The notes under the pieces were generated by a model that ran no database searches, was not told the origin of the DNA, and saw only the letters and a list, made by a program, of their open reading frames with translations. This document shows positions 6,370-14,721 of a DNA stretch of 24,000 bases, piece after piece; the stretch's first letter is position 1, and every line of letters starts with the position of its first letter. The stretch covers positions 5,445 through 29,444 of the forward strand of contig NZ_JAERSD010000033.1 of the NCBI RefSeq assembly GCF_017912555.1. Direction: 5' to 3'. The position numbers and the translations under genes were made by a program. This stretch comes from Bacillus sp. REN3. GTDB lineage: Bacteria; Bacillota; Bacilli; Bacillales; Cytobacillaceae.

Positions 6370-6512
6370 ATGCCTAATACCGTTCCCATTTTTGGAAAGG
6401 GTCGGAAAAGGAATCCAGGTACAATTGCCCTATAAAACAATTTACCGATCAAGTAAGGAGGACTTAATCGGCTTTCAATTTTAAATTTTTTTTAAAAAAA
6501 GGGGAGAGAATA

Positions 6513-7616
6513 ATGGGTTTCTTAGCAGGTGTAGGTTTCTTAGGATTCATAGTTTTTATTGTCATGGGAGTTGTTTCACTTTTTAAAAGGAATGGAAGAG
6601 CGAAGAAGAATTTCGGGATAGCTGCAGGCCTCTTTGTTCTATTTATTATTGGCGCAGTCAATTCAGATTCTGAAGAAGTGTCGACGGAACCTCAAACAAA
6701 AGAGGAAGTATCTAAGGACGATCAGGAAGAAGAGCCTAAGGAAGAAAAGAAGCAAAAAGAGGAGAAAGCCGAAGAGAAAAAGGCTCCGTCCACATTAGCG
6801 GATGTATTGACGGTTGTTAAAAAAGATATGTCTGATCAAGATTTTAAGAAAGCAAAAAAAGACAAATTGAATGTGGAACAGCCTAAAAGCATATCGGTTG
6901 GGAATGGGAATGTTGGCTATGTCCTTCAGGCAACGGATGGGATTGTAGTAGCGAGTACGGATGGCAAGAAGATTTCCGATGTTGTCCAATTCAAGACAAT
7001 GGATGAAGTTGATAAATTTGAAAAAGAGAGCGTTGCTAAGGCTGAAGCGAAAAAGAAAGAAGAGGCCAAAAAAGAACGAGAGGCTTCTAAAATTGCTATG
7101 AGCGGAAGAGGCGATACAGCTTCTGATGGTTTGAAACTAAAGGCGGGCTGGGCTATTTTTGAAGGTTCTCATAATGGAGGAGCGAACTTCATTGTCCAGC
7201 TTCAGGATCCAAATGGAAATGACATTGAATTGCTGGTCAATACGATTGGCGGTTATAAGGGCAAAACTTTCGCCCAGATTCCAGCGGATGGAGAGTACTT
7301 TTTAAATATCAAGGCAGATGGTGCCTGGAATTTCAGTATTTATCAATCGCCGCCAGTTGATGTGGCAGATGCACCTGTAACGCTTCAAGGGAATGGTGAT
7401 GATGTTGTTTTCTTCAATGCAAAAAGCGGAACCTACAAGTTTACTTTTACGCATCAGGGCCAGGCGAATTTCATCGTCATGTTAAATGGTGAAGGTTTAA
7501 TGGTGAATGAAATTGGTCCTTATAATGGCTCCGCACGGCAAAATCTTGGCACTGATGGTTACTATGGTTTGGTGATCAGGGCTGATGGGGCTTGGAGTGC
7601 TAAGGTGGAGGAATAG
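6513..7616 (+). CDS. membrane-anchored protein with K/E-rich spacer and two tandem copies of an uncharacterised beta-type domain
   Basis: RBS aaaggggagag. N-terminal hydrophobic segments, then a low-complexity EEEPKEEKKQKEEKAEEKK region. Two C-terminal repeats share G.ANFIV.L, N.IG.Y.G and DG.Y...I.ADGAW. Confidence 0.7.
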   Translation: MGFLAGVGFLGFIVFIVMGVVSLFKRNGRAKKNFGIAAGLFVLFIIGAVNSDSEEVSTEPQTKEEVSKDDQEEEPKEEKKQKEEKAEEKKAPSTLADVLTVVKKDMSDQDFKKAKKDKLNVEQPKSISVGNGNVGYVLQATDGIVVASTDGKKISDVVQFKTMDEVDKFEKESVAKAEAKKKEEAKKEREASKIAMSGRGDTASDGLKLKAGWAIFEGSHNGGANFIVQLQDPNGNDIELLVNTIGGYKGKTFAQIPADGEYFLNIKADGAWNFSIYQSPPVDVADAPVTLQGNGDDVVFFNAKSGTYKFTFTHQGQANFIVMLNGEGLMVNEIGPYNGSARQNLGTDGYYGLVIRADGAWSAKVEE

Positions 7617-7750
7617 GCAGCTTTGGGTTGTTCGGCGATTTCGGGTGAAAACGAGCAATAATACTTTGGCAGCAATGTGTTATGGAGTAACTTAAGGGTA
7701 TCATCCGGAAATTGTTAAATAGACTATTATAAGCAAAGGGGGAGTTCAGA

Positions 7751-8074
7751 ATGGATGCTTTCTTGAAAGTTATGATTGGCATTTTGTTATTGGCCGGGAT
7801 GATTTTTATTTTTCAGGGATATGACAAGCTTACTAATTACTCAAACCCTAACCCTGATGAAGAGTTGTTTGCTGATGATGAGGATATGGTGAATGCCTAT
7901 GTTGGGGGAGACGCCTATAATTACATCATCAATGCTGAAAGAGCTACTGGAATGTTCGTTTTAGCAGGATTTTCGTTTGTGTTAGCTGTAGGGTCAGGCA
8001 TCCTTTTGCAAATGCGCTTGAATACTTCCAAGAATCTAAACGTTAAGGGAAGCGATTTTTCTATAGAGGGTTGA
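7751..8074 (+). CDS. small membrane protein (2 TM), unknown function
   Basis: RBS agggggag. Hydrophobic segments VMIGILLLAGMIFIF and MFVLAGFSFVLAVGSGILL. Confidence 0.6.
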   Translation: MDAFLKVMIGILLLAGMIFIFQGYDKLTNYSNPNPDEELFADDEDMVNAYVGGDAYNYIINAERATGMFVLAGFSFVLAVGSGILLQMRLNTSKNLNVKGSDFSIEG

Positions 8075-8109
8075 TTTTTTAAGGCCAAAGCGGAAGCGGA
8101 TAAGATGTA

Positions 8110-8138
8110 GCACTTGCAATGATTGCAGGTGCTTTTTT
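8110..8138 (+). terminator. rho-independent terminator
   Basis: gcacttgca-atgat-tgcaggtgc (one G-U pair) followed by tttttt. Confidence 0.7.
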
Positions 8139-8339
8139 AGTACCATCCCCTTTTTGGGTAAAGGTTGGATGGAAATATGTAGTAAAATGAATTATGTAAT
8201 TCACATTAACCTGCACCATAGAATCTGTCAATCTCACTGGCAATCCCTCAGTACAAATGTCACATTACCCCCAACACCATTCAACATGACAATTACATTC
8301 CATTAGAGGCCAAGGAAAAATTCTTTGAGGAGGAACGAA

Positions 8340-9188
8340 ATGCAAAAAGAGGCAGTTATTAATGGACATTATAGGTATTCTTTGAAACGTGTATGGGATA
8401 CTGCAAATCCTAAAAAAGCTGTTTTTATCATGCTGAATCCTAGCACGGCTGATTGTACAAGTGATGACCGCACGACAAATCGATGTATTTCGTTTGCGAA
8501 GAATTGGGAATGTGGTTCCCTTGAAATCGTGAATATTTTCGCGCTCCAATCAACCGATTATAAGAAATTAAAAGAGAAAACTAAAGAAGAAGCGATTGGA
8601 CCAGAAAACAGACAGTATATTAAAAGGGCCTTGGCAGACGCAGCTGTAACTGTTGCTGCCTGGGGTGAAAATGTGAAGATCCATTTTAAAAAGAGCGCTG
8701 CTGAAGAATTGAAGGAGCTATTTTCAGGCCATGAACTCATGTGTTTAGGAATAACGAAAGATGGTTTTCCCAGACATCCTTTATTCGTTGAATCACATAA
8801 GGAATTGGAGCCGTATTCTTTTGAAAAAGCATCCAAAAGAAGATTAAACGAAAAGGGATTGCCTTATCTTGATGGAAAATTGCTGAACCTTATTTTTGAT
8901 TTGGTGTATGAACAGTCGGACTTGAAAGGTGCTCGTAATCTTCCAAAAGATGAAAAGCTTATTTACTTTTTAAAAGCCTTAAAAAACCTGCAAGAATACA
9001 ACTATCGATGTCGCTTTGAACAAACCAGTGAGCTTTTCCCTTTATTCGAAGAAACGATTGGACCGTTCGAAATGAATTCAGAGGGTACAACTCTTTGGTT
9101 GGCGCTTGGGCTTGCACTTAAAGAGCTATATGGTTTCAGGAATCATACGCTCAGAAGCTTGCTAAAGCAAGTGAATATCAGGAAGTAA
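8340..9188 (+). CDS. DUF1643-domain protein with C-terminal extension
   Basis: RBS GAGGAGGA, then the ATG at 8340 (MQKEAVING). RYSLKRVWDT...AVFIMLNPSTAD...DDRTTNRCISFAK...NIFALQST is the DUF1643 pattern as I remember it. About 120 extra C-terminal residues are unassigned. Confidence 0.7.
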   Translation: MQKEAVINGHYRYSLKRVWDTANPKKAVFIMLNPSTADCTSDDRTTNRCISFAKNWECGSLEIVNIFALQSTDYKKLKEKTKEEAIGPENRQYIKRALADAAVTVAAWGENVKIHFKKSAAEELKELFSGHELMCLGITKDGFPRHPLFVESHKELEPYSFEKASKRRLNEKGLPYLDGKLLNLIFDLVYEQSDLKGARNLPKDEKLIYFLKALKNLQEYNYRCRFEQTSELFPLFEETIGPFEMNSEGTTLWLALGLALKELYGFRNHTLRSLLKQVNIRK

Positions 9189-9206
9189 TGATGAGGAGGG
9201 ACATAG

Positions 9207-9512
9207 ATGGAAAGAGAGTACAAAGCTATTAAGAGTTACGAGGCGGATGGTTATGAGATTAATATTCATGTTGCTAATCTGGACCCCTTGCTCGAGAATG
9301 ACGAGGTAATGAGAGAAATCGCCCTGCTCGCTGCCCAGGAAGGGTATTTGAGATTCGTGGGTGCAATCGATCCATCAAGTTACAGAGAAGATTGGACCTT
9401 TATTTTCTCAAAGGAAGGATATTTTGATAATGATGATATGCTTGTTCGGCACAAAGAAGCCGAAGCAAAAATCACGCCGATTTTAGAGGAAGTTAAGAGA
9501 AATTCTAAATAG
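9207..9512 (+). CDS. hypothetical protein (101 aa)
   Basis: RBS GAGGAGGG 6 nt upstream, 18 nt after the previous stop. I recognise no motif. Confidence 0.55.
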   Translation: MEREYKAIKSYEADGYEINIHVANLDPLLENDEVMREIALLAAQEGYLRFVGAIDPSSYREDWTFIFSKEGYFDNDDMLVRHKEAEAKITPILEEVKRNSK

Positions 9513-9526
9513 GGGTGATGCAGCGC

Positions 9527-9611
9527 GTGAGCATGGGGACGGTTCTCGTGGCAACCTCATTTTTTCACGCGGATTGTGGGAAACATGTGGTGACCACGAG
9601 AACAGTCCCTT
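9527..9611 (+). repeat. ~80-bp palindromic intergenic repeat, copy D
   Basis: gtgagcATGGGGACGGTTCTCgtggcaacc...ggtgaccacGAGAACAGTCCCtttt. Confidence 0.8.
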
Positions 9612-9680
9612 TTAATTAGAGGTAACCCAGGAATGAACTTAGATGATAACGATAAAGTTTATAAGAAGAGGAGCTATTAC

Positions 9681-10391
9681 ATGAAGTTAATTACCTGGAA
9701 TGCTTCAATGCGATTTAGAGATAAAATTGAAAATTTACTCCCTTCCACTGCTGATCTATTAGTCATCCCTGAATGTGAAGCTCTTAAAAAATGGAAAGCA
9801 AACAAACATCTTCAAGAAATTAATCAATTTCTCTGGTTCGGTGAAAATCTGAATAAGGGAATTGGAATACTGACTTTTAATGATGCCTTTCATATTAAAT
9901 TACACCCATCTTATAATAAGGAATTTCGTTATATTATTCCTCTAATAGTTACCGGGAAGCAAAATTTCATTCTGATTGCAGTTTGGTCTCAACTTTCAAA
10001 AAGCAAATTTTATAGTTATATAGGTCAAATTTATTTGGCTTTGAAGTATTATGAGGCATTATTGAAAGAACCATGTATTATTGCAGGTGACTGGAACAGT
10101 AATAAAATATTCGACAATATTAAACGGGTGGGTAATCATTCAATAGTTGTTGATATTTTGGAAAAAGTGTCGATCAGAAGTGCCTATCATAAGTCGTTTA
10201 ATGAGGAACACGGACTTGAAACCTGGCCAACGCATTATTTTAGAAAGGAAAAAGCAAGACCTTTTCATATCGATTTTATATTTGCATCCGACTCGATTCT
10301 GAAACAGATGAGCAAGTTCGAGATAGGCTCATATGAAGATTGGATTAAATATAGTGATCACATGCCGATTATCATGGAGCTTAATAAATAA
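9681..10391 (+). CDS. endonuclease/exonuclease/phosphatase (EEP) family protein
   Basis: MKLITWNASMRF (N-terminal TWN motif), LLVIPECE, IAGDWNSN and YSDHMPIIMEL give the conserved E / D-x-N / S-D-H catalytic pattern of the EEP fold. I prefer the start at 9681 after agaggag. Confidence 0.75.
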   Translation: MKLITWNASMRFRDKIENLLPSTADLLVIPECEALKKWKANKHLQEINQFLWFGENLNKGIGILTFNDAFHIKLHPSYNKEFRYIIPLIVTGKQNFILIAVWSQLSKSKFYSYIGQIYLALKYYEALLKEPCIIAGDWNSNKIFDNIKRVGNHSIVVDILEKVSIRSAYHKSFNEEHGLETWPTHYFRKEKARPFHIDFIFASDSILKQMSKFEIGSYEDWIKYSDHMPIIMELNK

Positions 10392-10399
10392 ATTGTGTT

Positions 10400-10484
10400 C
10401 CATGGGGACGGTTCTGCTGGCAACCTTCATGTTGCGGTTGGGTAAGGGTAACTGATGTGGGTTGTCACAAGAACCGTCCCTATG
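10400..10484 (+). repeat. ~80-bp palindromic intergenic repeat, copy E
   Basis: ccATGGGGACGGTTCTgctggcaacc...ggttgtcacaAGAACCGTCCCtatg. It starts a ~690-bp segment colinear with 1026-1716. Confidence 0.85.
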
Positions 10485-10612
10485 AAAGCCCCTTATTTTT
10501 CATTTTTTAAGTCTTTTATCCTATTAAAAATAAAGAGGTTTATTTGGATATTTGTGGAATTATATAACGGTTGTGTCTAGGTATGCAGGAGTGGTTATCA
10601 ATAGACTTAAGA

Positions 10613-10726
10613 ATGCTTCTTTTGACGATTTTCAGTCTGCTGTTATTGAGGAGCCATCCAGATGGTATATTTTATATAGTGTTGGTGTTTTTAGGAAGAT
10701 GGGATAAATATGAAGAAAAAGCATAG
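10613..10726 (+). CDS. possible 37-aa hydrophobic peptide, paralogue of 1237-1356
   Basis: ATG-started MLLLTIFSLLLLRSHPDGIFYIVLVFLGRWDKYEEKA. It stays intact although the neighbouring 87-aa paralogue has decayed. Confidence 0.3.
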   Translation: MLLLTIFSLLLLRSHPDGIFYIVLVFLGRWDKYEEKA

Positions 10727-10973
10727 AAATAACCAAACAGATTTTAAACTTGCTAAGTATTATTATGTTGTTTTTCGTTTTTTTCGGTTGTATAGTTTCT
10801 AGTTACATAGTAGTTGAATCGGTACTTCAATAATTGCAAGTTTAGAGGAGGATAGGATATTTGGTGTATTAATCTTTGCACCACTATCCATATTGTTCGC
10901 CTATTTAGCATTCAAAATGGCAAGTCAGAGATACCAAGCATTAAAGGCAAAAAACGTACAGGAATTACAATAA
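10710..10973 (+). pseudogene. decayed paralogue of the 87-aa membrane protein gene
   Basis: The T-run is 7 nt here versus 6 in copy 1 (cgtttttttcgg vs cgttttttcggg), which shifts the frame. There are also a TAA (caa taa ttg vs caa ata ttt) and small indels. The tail IFGVLIFAPLSILFAYLAFKMA is still recognisable. Confidence 0.7.
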
Positions 10974-10993
10974 AGGTATAGTATAGCGGTGAC

Positions 10994-11074
10994 CAGAGGG
11001 ACTGTTCTCCTGACAACCTTGCAATTGCGGTTGGCTAAAGGAAACTGACGGTTGTCACGAGAACCGTCCCCATG
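10994..11074 (+). repeat. ~80-bp palindromic intergenic repeat, copy F (leader of SseB-like gene)
   Basis: cagaGGGACTGTTCTCctgacaacc...ggttgtcacGAGAACCGTCCCCatg. It ends 25 nt before the ATG at 11099. Confidence 0.85.
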
Positions 11075-11098
11075 AAAACCTAGGAGTGGTTATGATTT

Positions 11099-11833
11099 AT
11101 GAGTGTTTCTTTTGATGAGCTTTTGGCTGCGGCTATTGAGGGGCCTTCTGGTCGTTTTCTTTTTTATAGGGCGTTGGTGGAGCTTGAACTTTTCGTGATT
11201 GGTTCGGTGGAGGATGATGAGTCTTTGAACTTGAAGTACATCGAGGAGGATGGGGAGCTGGTGCTGCCTGTTTTTACGAGCCGGGATAAGTTCGATGAGA
11301 TTTTTGAGTCAGAGTATCCATATGTAAGGATTCCTGCGGCGATGCTGCTGGAGATGGCAGGGACGGCCATTCCATGGCTGGTGAATCCTTTTACCGGGTT
11401 AAGCAAGAAAATCATCCGGGAGGAGCTTGAAACCTTGAAGGATGGCCGGATACTGAACTATTTTTTCGAACAGCTTCGGGATGATGAGAAGGAGAAGATC
11501 CTGACTGAGCAAATGGAAGAACTGCCTGAAGAGGCAATGGATGTGCTTCGTACATGTCTCAGGAATTTCCCTACTGTTAAAAAAGCCTACCTGGTGAACT
11601 TGTTTGATCCTGTGGTTGCTGATCCGGCTTTTCCGTTGCTGGCAGTGGAGGTGGAAGCTGTGGAAGAAGGTCTGGTCGGTGAACTTTTCGGCGCTATCAA
11701 TCATCAGGCAGAGCTGCAGATCGAAGTCATGATTCTCGACGAGGGGTTCCCGCTGGCCAGATCCATTGTCGAGCACACCAGGCCATTTTATTTTCGTGAG
11801 TCGGTTGATGAGTTAAGGACCTTGTTTGATTAG
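11099..11833 (+). CDS. SseB-family protein (244 aa), toxin-associated, copy 2
   Basis: Colinear with 1717-2451. By hand count there are about 27 substitutions in 244 residues and no indels. Confidence 0.85.
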   Translation: MSVSFDELLAAAIEGPSGRFLFYRALVELELFVIGSVEDDESLNLKYIEEDGELVLPVFTSRDKFDEIFESEYPYVRIPAAMLLEMAGTAIPWLVNPFTGLSKKIIREELETLKDGRILNYFFEQLRDDEKEKILTEQMEELPEEAMDVLRTCLRNFPTVKKAYLVNLFDPVVADPAFPLLAVEVEAVEEGLVGELFGAINHQAELQIEVMILDEGFPLARSIVEHTRPFYFRESVDELRTLFD

Positions 11834-11844
11834 GAGGTCGACGG

Positions 11845-13194
11845 GTGTCAAAGATTGATATTAAAATAAATCAAGTCAAGGCGGCGAACAGGGATTTAGT
11901 CAATCTGTCATCTCGCGTGGAGAATGAGGAGAACCGGATTTCTTCCCTTAGGGGGCAGGTTGATGGCAGGATCGCCAGCCGCCGGAACATCGGAAGGAAC
12001 TTGAGTGAGGCAGCGGCAAAGGCGAGGACAATTGAAAAGAAGCTGGGTAAACTCCATCAATTCATTGATGCATCGATGGATTTGTATATGAAGGCGGATA
12101 AGAAGGCGGACCGATTCCGGGAGCCAGAAAAGAAATCGATCTGGGAGAAGTTCGCAGACGGTTTTAAGACAGCGAATGATATAAGGAAAGGATTCCGCAA
12201 GGGAGTGGCAGAGGCCCTTTTTTCAACCGTTGAAGGTATTTGGAATGCCGTCACCCATCCGGTCAAAACCGCCAAAGGAATCGTCTATGCAATCGGCTAT
12301 CCTCTGGAAACCGCCAAAAGTATTTGGAACTCCATCTCAGACTCCTGGAAGAACGATGTTATAAACGGCGATGCCAAAAGCCGTTCTGAATGGTTCGGCC
12401 GAGCCGTCGGTGAAGCCGCCCTTGCGATTATCGGGACCAAAGGCGTCGACAAGGCTGTAAAGGTGGCCAAAGGGGCCAGGGTTGTGAAGGAGGGTGGAGG
12501 AGTTAGGGTTGTTAGGCCGGAGACTATTGAGAAGAAGGATGGCGGGGATAGGGATGGAAAACGTGTGGCTCCTGAGAGGAAATACAGCGGAGATAGGGTG
12601 GAAAAGCGGGAGATTCCTCGGATCATAGACGGGAATGGCGGAATTGGGGATAATGGGAGGAATGATACGGGTAATGGTATAGACAATGGTAATAAGGAAA
12701 CCAGCCAGCCAAGGACAGCAGAGCAAATAATATCAGATAGAACTAAGGGATTGGATTTAAACCCACATCCTATTCAGCAAAAACAATTGAGTGCTAAAAA
12801 GATGAAAGACCTGAGAGTGAAAATAGAGAATAGGACTATTACAAAAGCTGAGTATGAACAATATATATGGAATAAAAAATTTGTTAAACATAGGGCTTCA
12901 GGTGTAACCGATTTCTGGTATCAAGAACGTCAAAGAATATTAAATAACGAAACTCCAACCAGAGACTGGAATCAAGAACAATTAAATGATATTTTGAATG
13001 GTAAGAAACCTAAAGTAGATGGAGAAATAGTACAGGGGCACCATTCCTACAGTGCTTCACAATATCCGCACTTAGCGAATAAAGGGGAAATTATATATCC
13101 AGCTACACCAAACGAGCATTTCAAAGGTTGGCATGGAGGTAATTGGAAAAATAGTCTGCCAGGTAAACCAATTAATCCTATTGATGATTTCTAA
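11845..13194 (+). CDS. polymorphic toxin: conserved N-terminal 270 codons + HNH/EndoVII-type nuclease CT with GHH signature
   Basis: Same taGGAGGtcgacggGTG junction as copy 1. After G-D-N (12646-12654) the unique AT-rich CT ends ...VQGHHSYSASQYPHLANKGEIIYPATPNEHFKGWHGG, giving G-H-H ... N ... E-H as in HNH/EndoVII toxin domains. Confidence 0.8.
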   Translation: MSKIDIKINQVKAANRDLVNLSSRVENEENRISSLRGQVDGRIASRRNIGRNLSEAAAKARTIEKKLGKLHQFIDASMDLYMKADKKADRFREPEKKSIWEKFADGFKTANDIRKGFRKGVAEALFSTVEGIWNAVTHPVKTAKGIVYAIGYPLETAKSIWNSISDSWKNDVINGDAKSRSEWFGRAVGEAALAIIGTKGVDKAVKVAKGARVVKEGGGVRVVRPETIEKKDGGDRDGKRVAPERKYSGDRVEKREIPRIIDGNGGIGDNGRNDTGNGIDNGNKETSQPRTAEQIISDRTKGLDLNPHPIQQKQLSAKKMKDLRVKIENRTITKAEYEQYIWNKKFVKHRASGVTDFWYQERQRILNNETPTRDWNQEQLNDILNGKKPKVDGEIVQGHHSYSASQYPHLANKGEIIYPATPNEHFKGWHGGNWKNSLPGKPINPIDDF

Positions 13195-13215
13195 TTCATG
13201 GAGGGAGACATTCAA

Positions 13216-13545
13216 ATGGCTAAAATGAATATACAAATAGAAAAAGATACTAATGAGGTCAAGTACATTTCTATTTTAAGAAAAAATACTAATAAGAGTA
13301 TATCTGAATTAAAAGCGTTACTAAATAATAATGATTTCGTCTTATCGTATAATCTCTTAGAAATTGATGAATTGTTGGAAATGAAAAAAATAGTAAGTTT
13401 ATTATTAGGGGCTGGTGCTGAAGTCCACATATTTGAAGAGAATAGAGAGGTTAGCATTGAGTTCTTAGATAATCTTATAGAATCTCATTTAGATACAGAA
13501 AGGTATCTGGAAGAAGTTGATGAGCAAATGTTTAATGAGGATTAA
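13216..13545 (+). CDS. cognate immunity protein candidate for the GHH nuclease toxin
   Basis: Immediately downstream of the toxin. GGAGGGAG RBS before the ATG at 13216 (MAKMNIQ). Small, acidic and AT-rich like the CT module. Confidence 0.65.
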   Translation: MAKMNIQIEKDTNEVKYISILRKNTNKSISELKALLNNNDFVLSYNLLEIDELLEMKKIVSLLLGAGAEVHIFEENREVSIEFLDNLIESHLDTERYLEEVDEQMFNED

Positions 13546-13599
13546 TACAGCTATTTTGGTATATTCGAGGACAAAAAAATGGATTAGAGTGAAAGTTAC

Positions 13600-14016
13600 A
13601 TGGCAGTAGGATTATTAGTAGATTGTTTTTATTATGAATTAGGTCATAGCGATTTTGTACATTCTTTTTTTTCAACAATATCCTATCATTTAGAAAAAGA
13701 AGGCTGGGGTACAAAATACCCTTTATTGATGAATGGATTGTATAATGACCAACTAGACTGGAATGATGTTCCTGTTGTAAAAGCTAATTTAATTAAAATT
13801 GAACAGGAATTATCAAATTACTCGCCGGAACAAGTTATATGGGATATTGATGACTTATCACAAGTACCACCGTGGGGAGATAAAATAAGCCCAAAAGTAA
13901 CTAGTCTAGCAAATTATTTTGCAACATCTGATGGGAAAACATTTTTTGAAGTACTACGTACAGCAATTGAGGTAGCAGAAGAAGATAAATGTGATTTAAA
14001 AATTCACAAACTATAA
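13600..14016 (+). CDS. orphan immunity protein, paralogue of 3686-4102
   Basis: Clear paralogy to the locus-1 immunity protein (GHSDFVHSFFSTISYHLEKEGWGTKYP...PEQVIWDIDDLSQVPPWGDKIS), but no matching PD-(D/E)xK toxin module lies upstream in this locus. Confidence 0.7.
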   Translation: MAVGLLVDCFYYELGHSDFVHSFFSTISYHLEKEGWGTKYPLLMNGLYNDQLDWNDVPVVKANLIKIEQELSNYSPEQVIWDIDDLSQVPPWGDKISPKVTSLANYFATSDGKTFFEVLRTAIEVAEEDKCDLKIHKL

Positions 14017-14023
14017 TCTTTCT

Positions 14024-14056
14024 AAACCATGGGACACTATCCCATGGTTTTTTTTG
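14024..14056 (+). terminator. rho-independent terminator
   Basis: aaaccatggga-cacta-tcccatggttt followed by tttttt. Confidence 0.8.
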
Positions 14057-14059
14057 CGA

Positions 14060-14701
14060 ATGAGTACTATTGAGAAGAAGGATGGCGGGGGCAGGGATGG
14101 GAAACCTGTGGCGCCTGAGAGGAGAAATAGCGGAAAAGGTGTTGGAACAAGGGAGGTTCCTCAGAGGATAGACGGGGATGGCGGAATTGGGGATAATGGT
14201 GGTAAGAGTACGGTTAAAGTGTACCCTACAAGACAAATAGATCCTATAAAAGAAATCCATATAATTGATAGGGTGAAAGAGCTTAGAGGAAACTTAACTG
14301 CTGGATACAAAAAGTCAGGAAATTTTGCTATAGCAGAGGTATACGTCAAGGGGTTGAGGAAAGAATTTTATGCTCAGAGTAGTATAAATGATTTAAACGG
14401 TACTTTAGAAGAACGTGTTCCGGATATTTCATTAAAACCTATCAACCCAACATTTAAAGCTTCATATGCAGCAGATAAAAATGGAATTGAATATTTAAGA
14501 GACAGTGATACAGAATACAAAATTCTAAACGATATTGCTCATAGTCTTGGACATAATACTGAAGCTACAGGTAAGATAAAGCTGTTTACAGAATTAGATA
14601 CTTGTAATAGTTGTAGTAAAGTCATAGCGGAATTTTCTGTGAAATTCAAAAACATTGAGTTAGAAGTTGTCCATAATGATGGAAAAAGAATTAAACCTTA
14701 G
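14060..14701 (+). CDS. orphan toxin C-terminal module (linker handle + deaminase-fold-like domain), probably not independently translated
   Basis: It begins inside the terminator T-run with no RBS. From about 14065 the first ~45 codons (TIEKKDGGGRDGKPVAPERRNSGKGVGTREVPQRIDGDGGIGDN) are homologous to the linker of the full-length toxins, up to the G-D-N junction (14189-14197). The unique CT contains DSDTEYKILNDIA ... IKLFTELDTCNSCSKVI, a [HCD]xE ... CxxC spacing typical of the cytidine-deaminase fold. Confidence 0.55.
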   Translation: MSTIEKKDGGGRDGKPVAPERRNSGKGVGTREVPQRIDGDGGIGDNGGKSTVKVYPTRQIDPIKEIHIIDRVKELRGNLTAGYKKSGNFAIAEVYVKGLRKEFYAQSSINDLNGTLEERVPDISLKPINPTFKASYAADKNGIEYLRDSDTEYKILNDIAHSLGHNTEATGKIKLFTELDTCNSCSKVIAEFSVKFKNIELEVVHNDGKRIKP

Positions 14702-14721
14702 CTTTATAGGAGAGGGTATAT

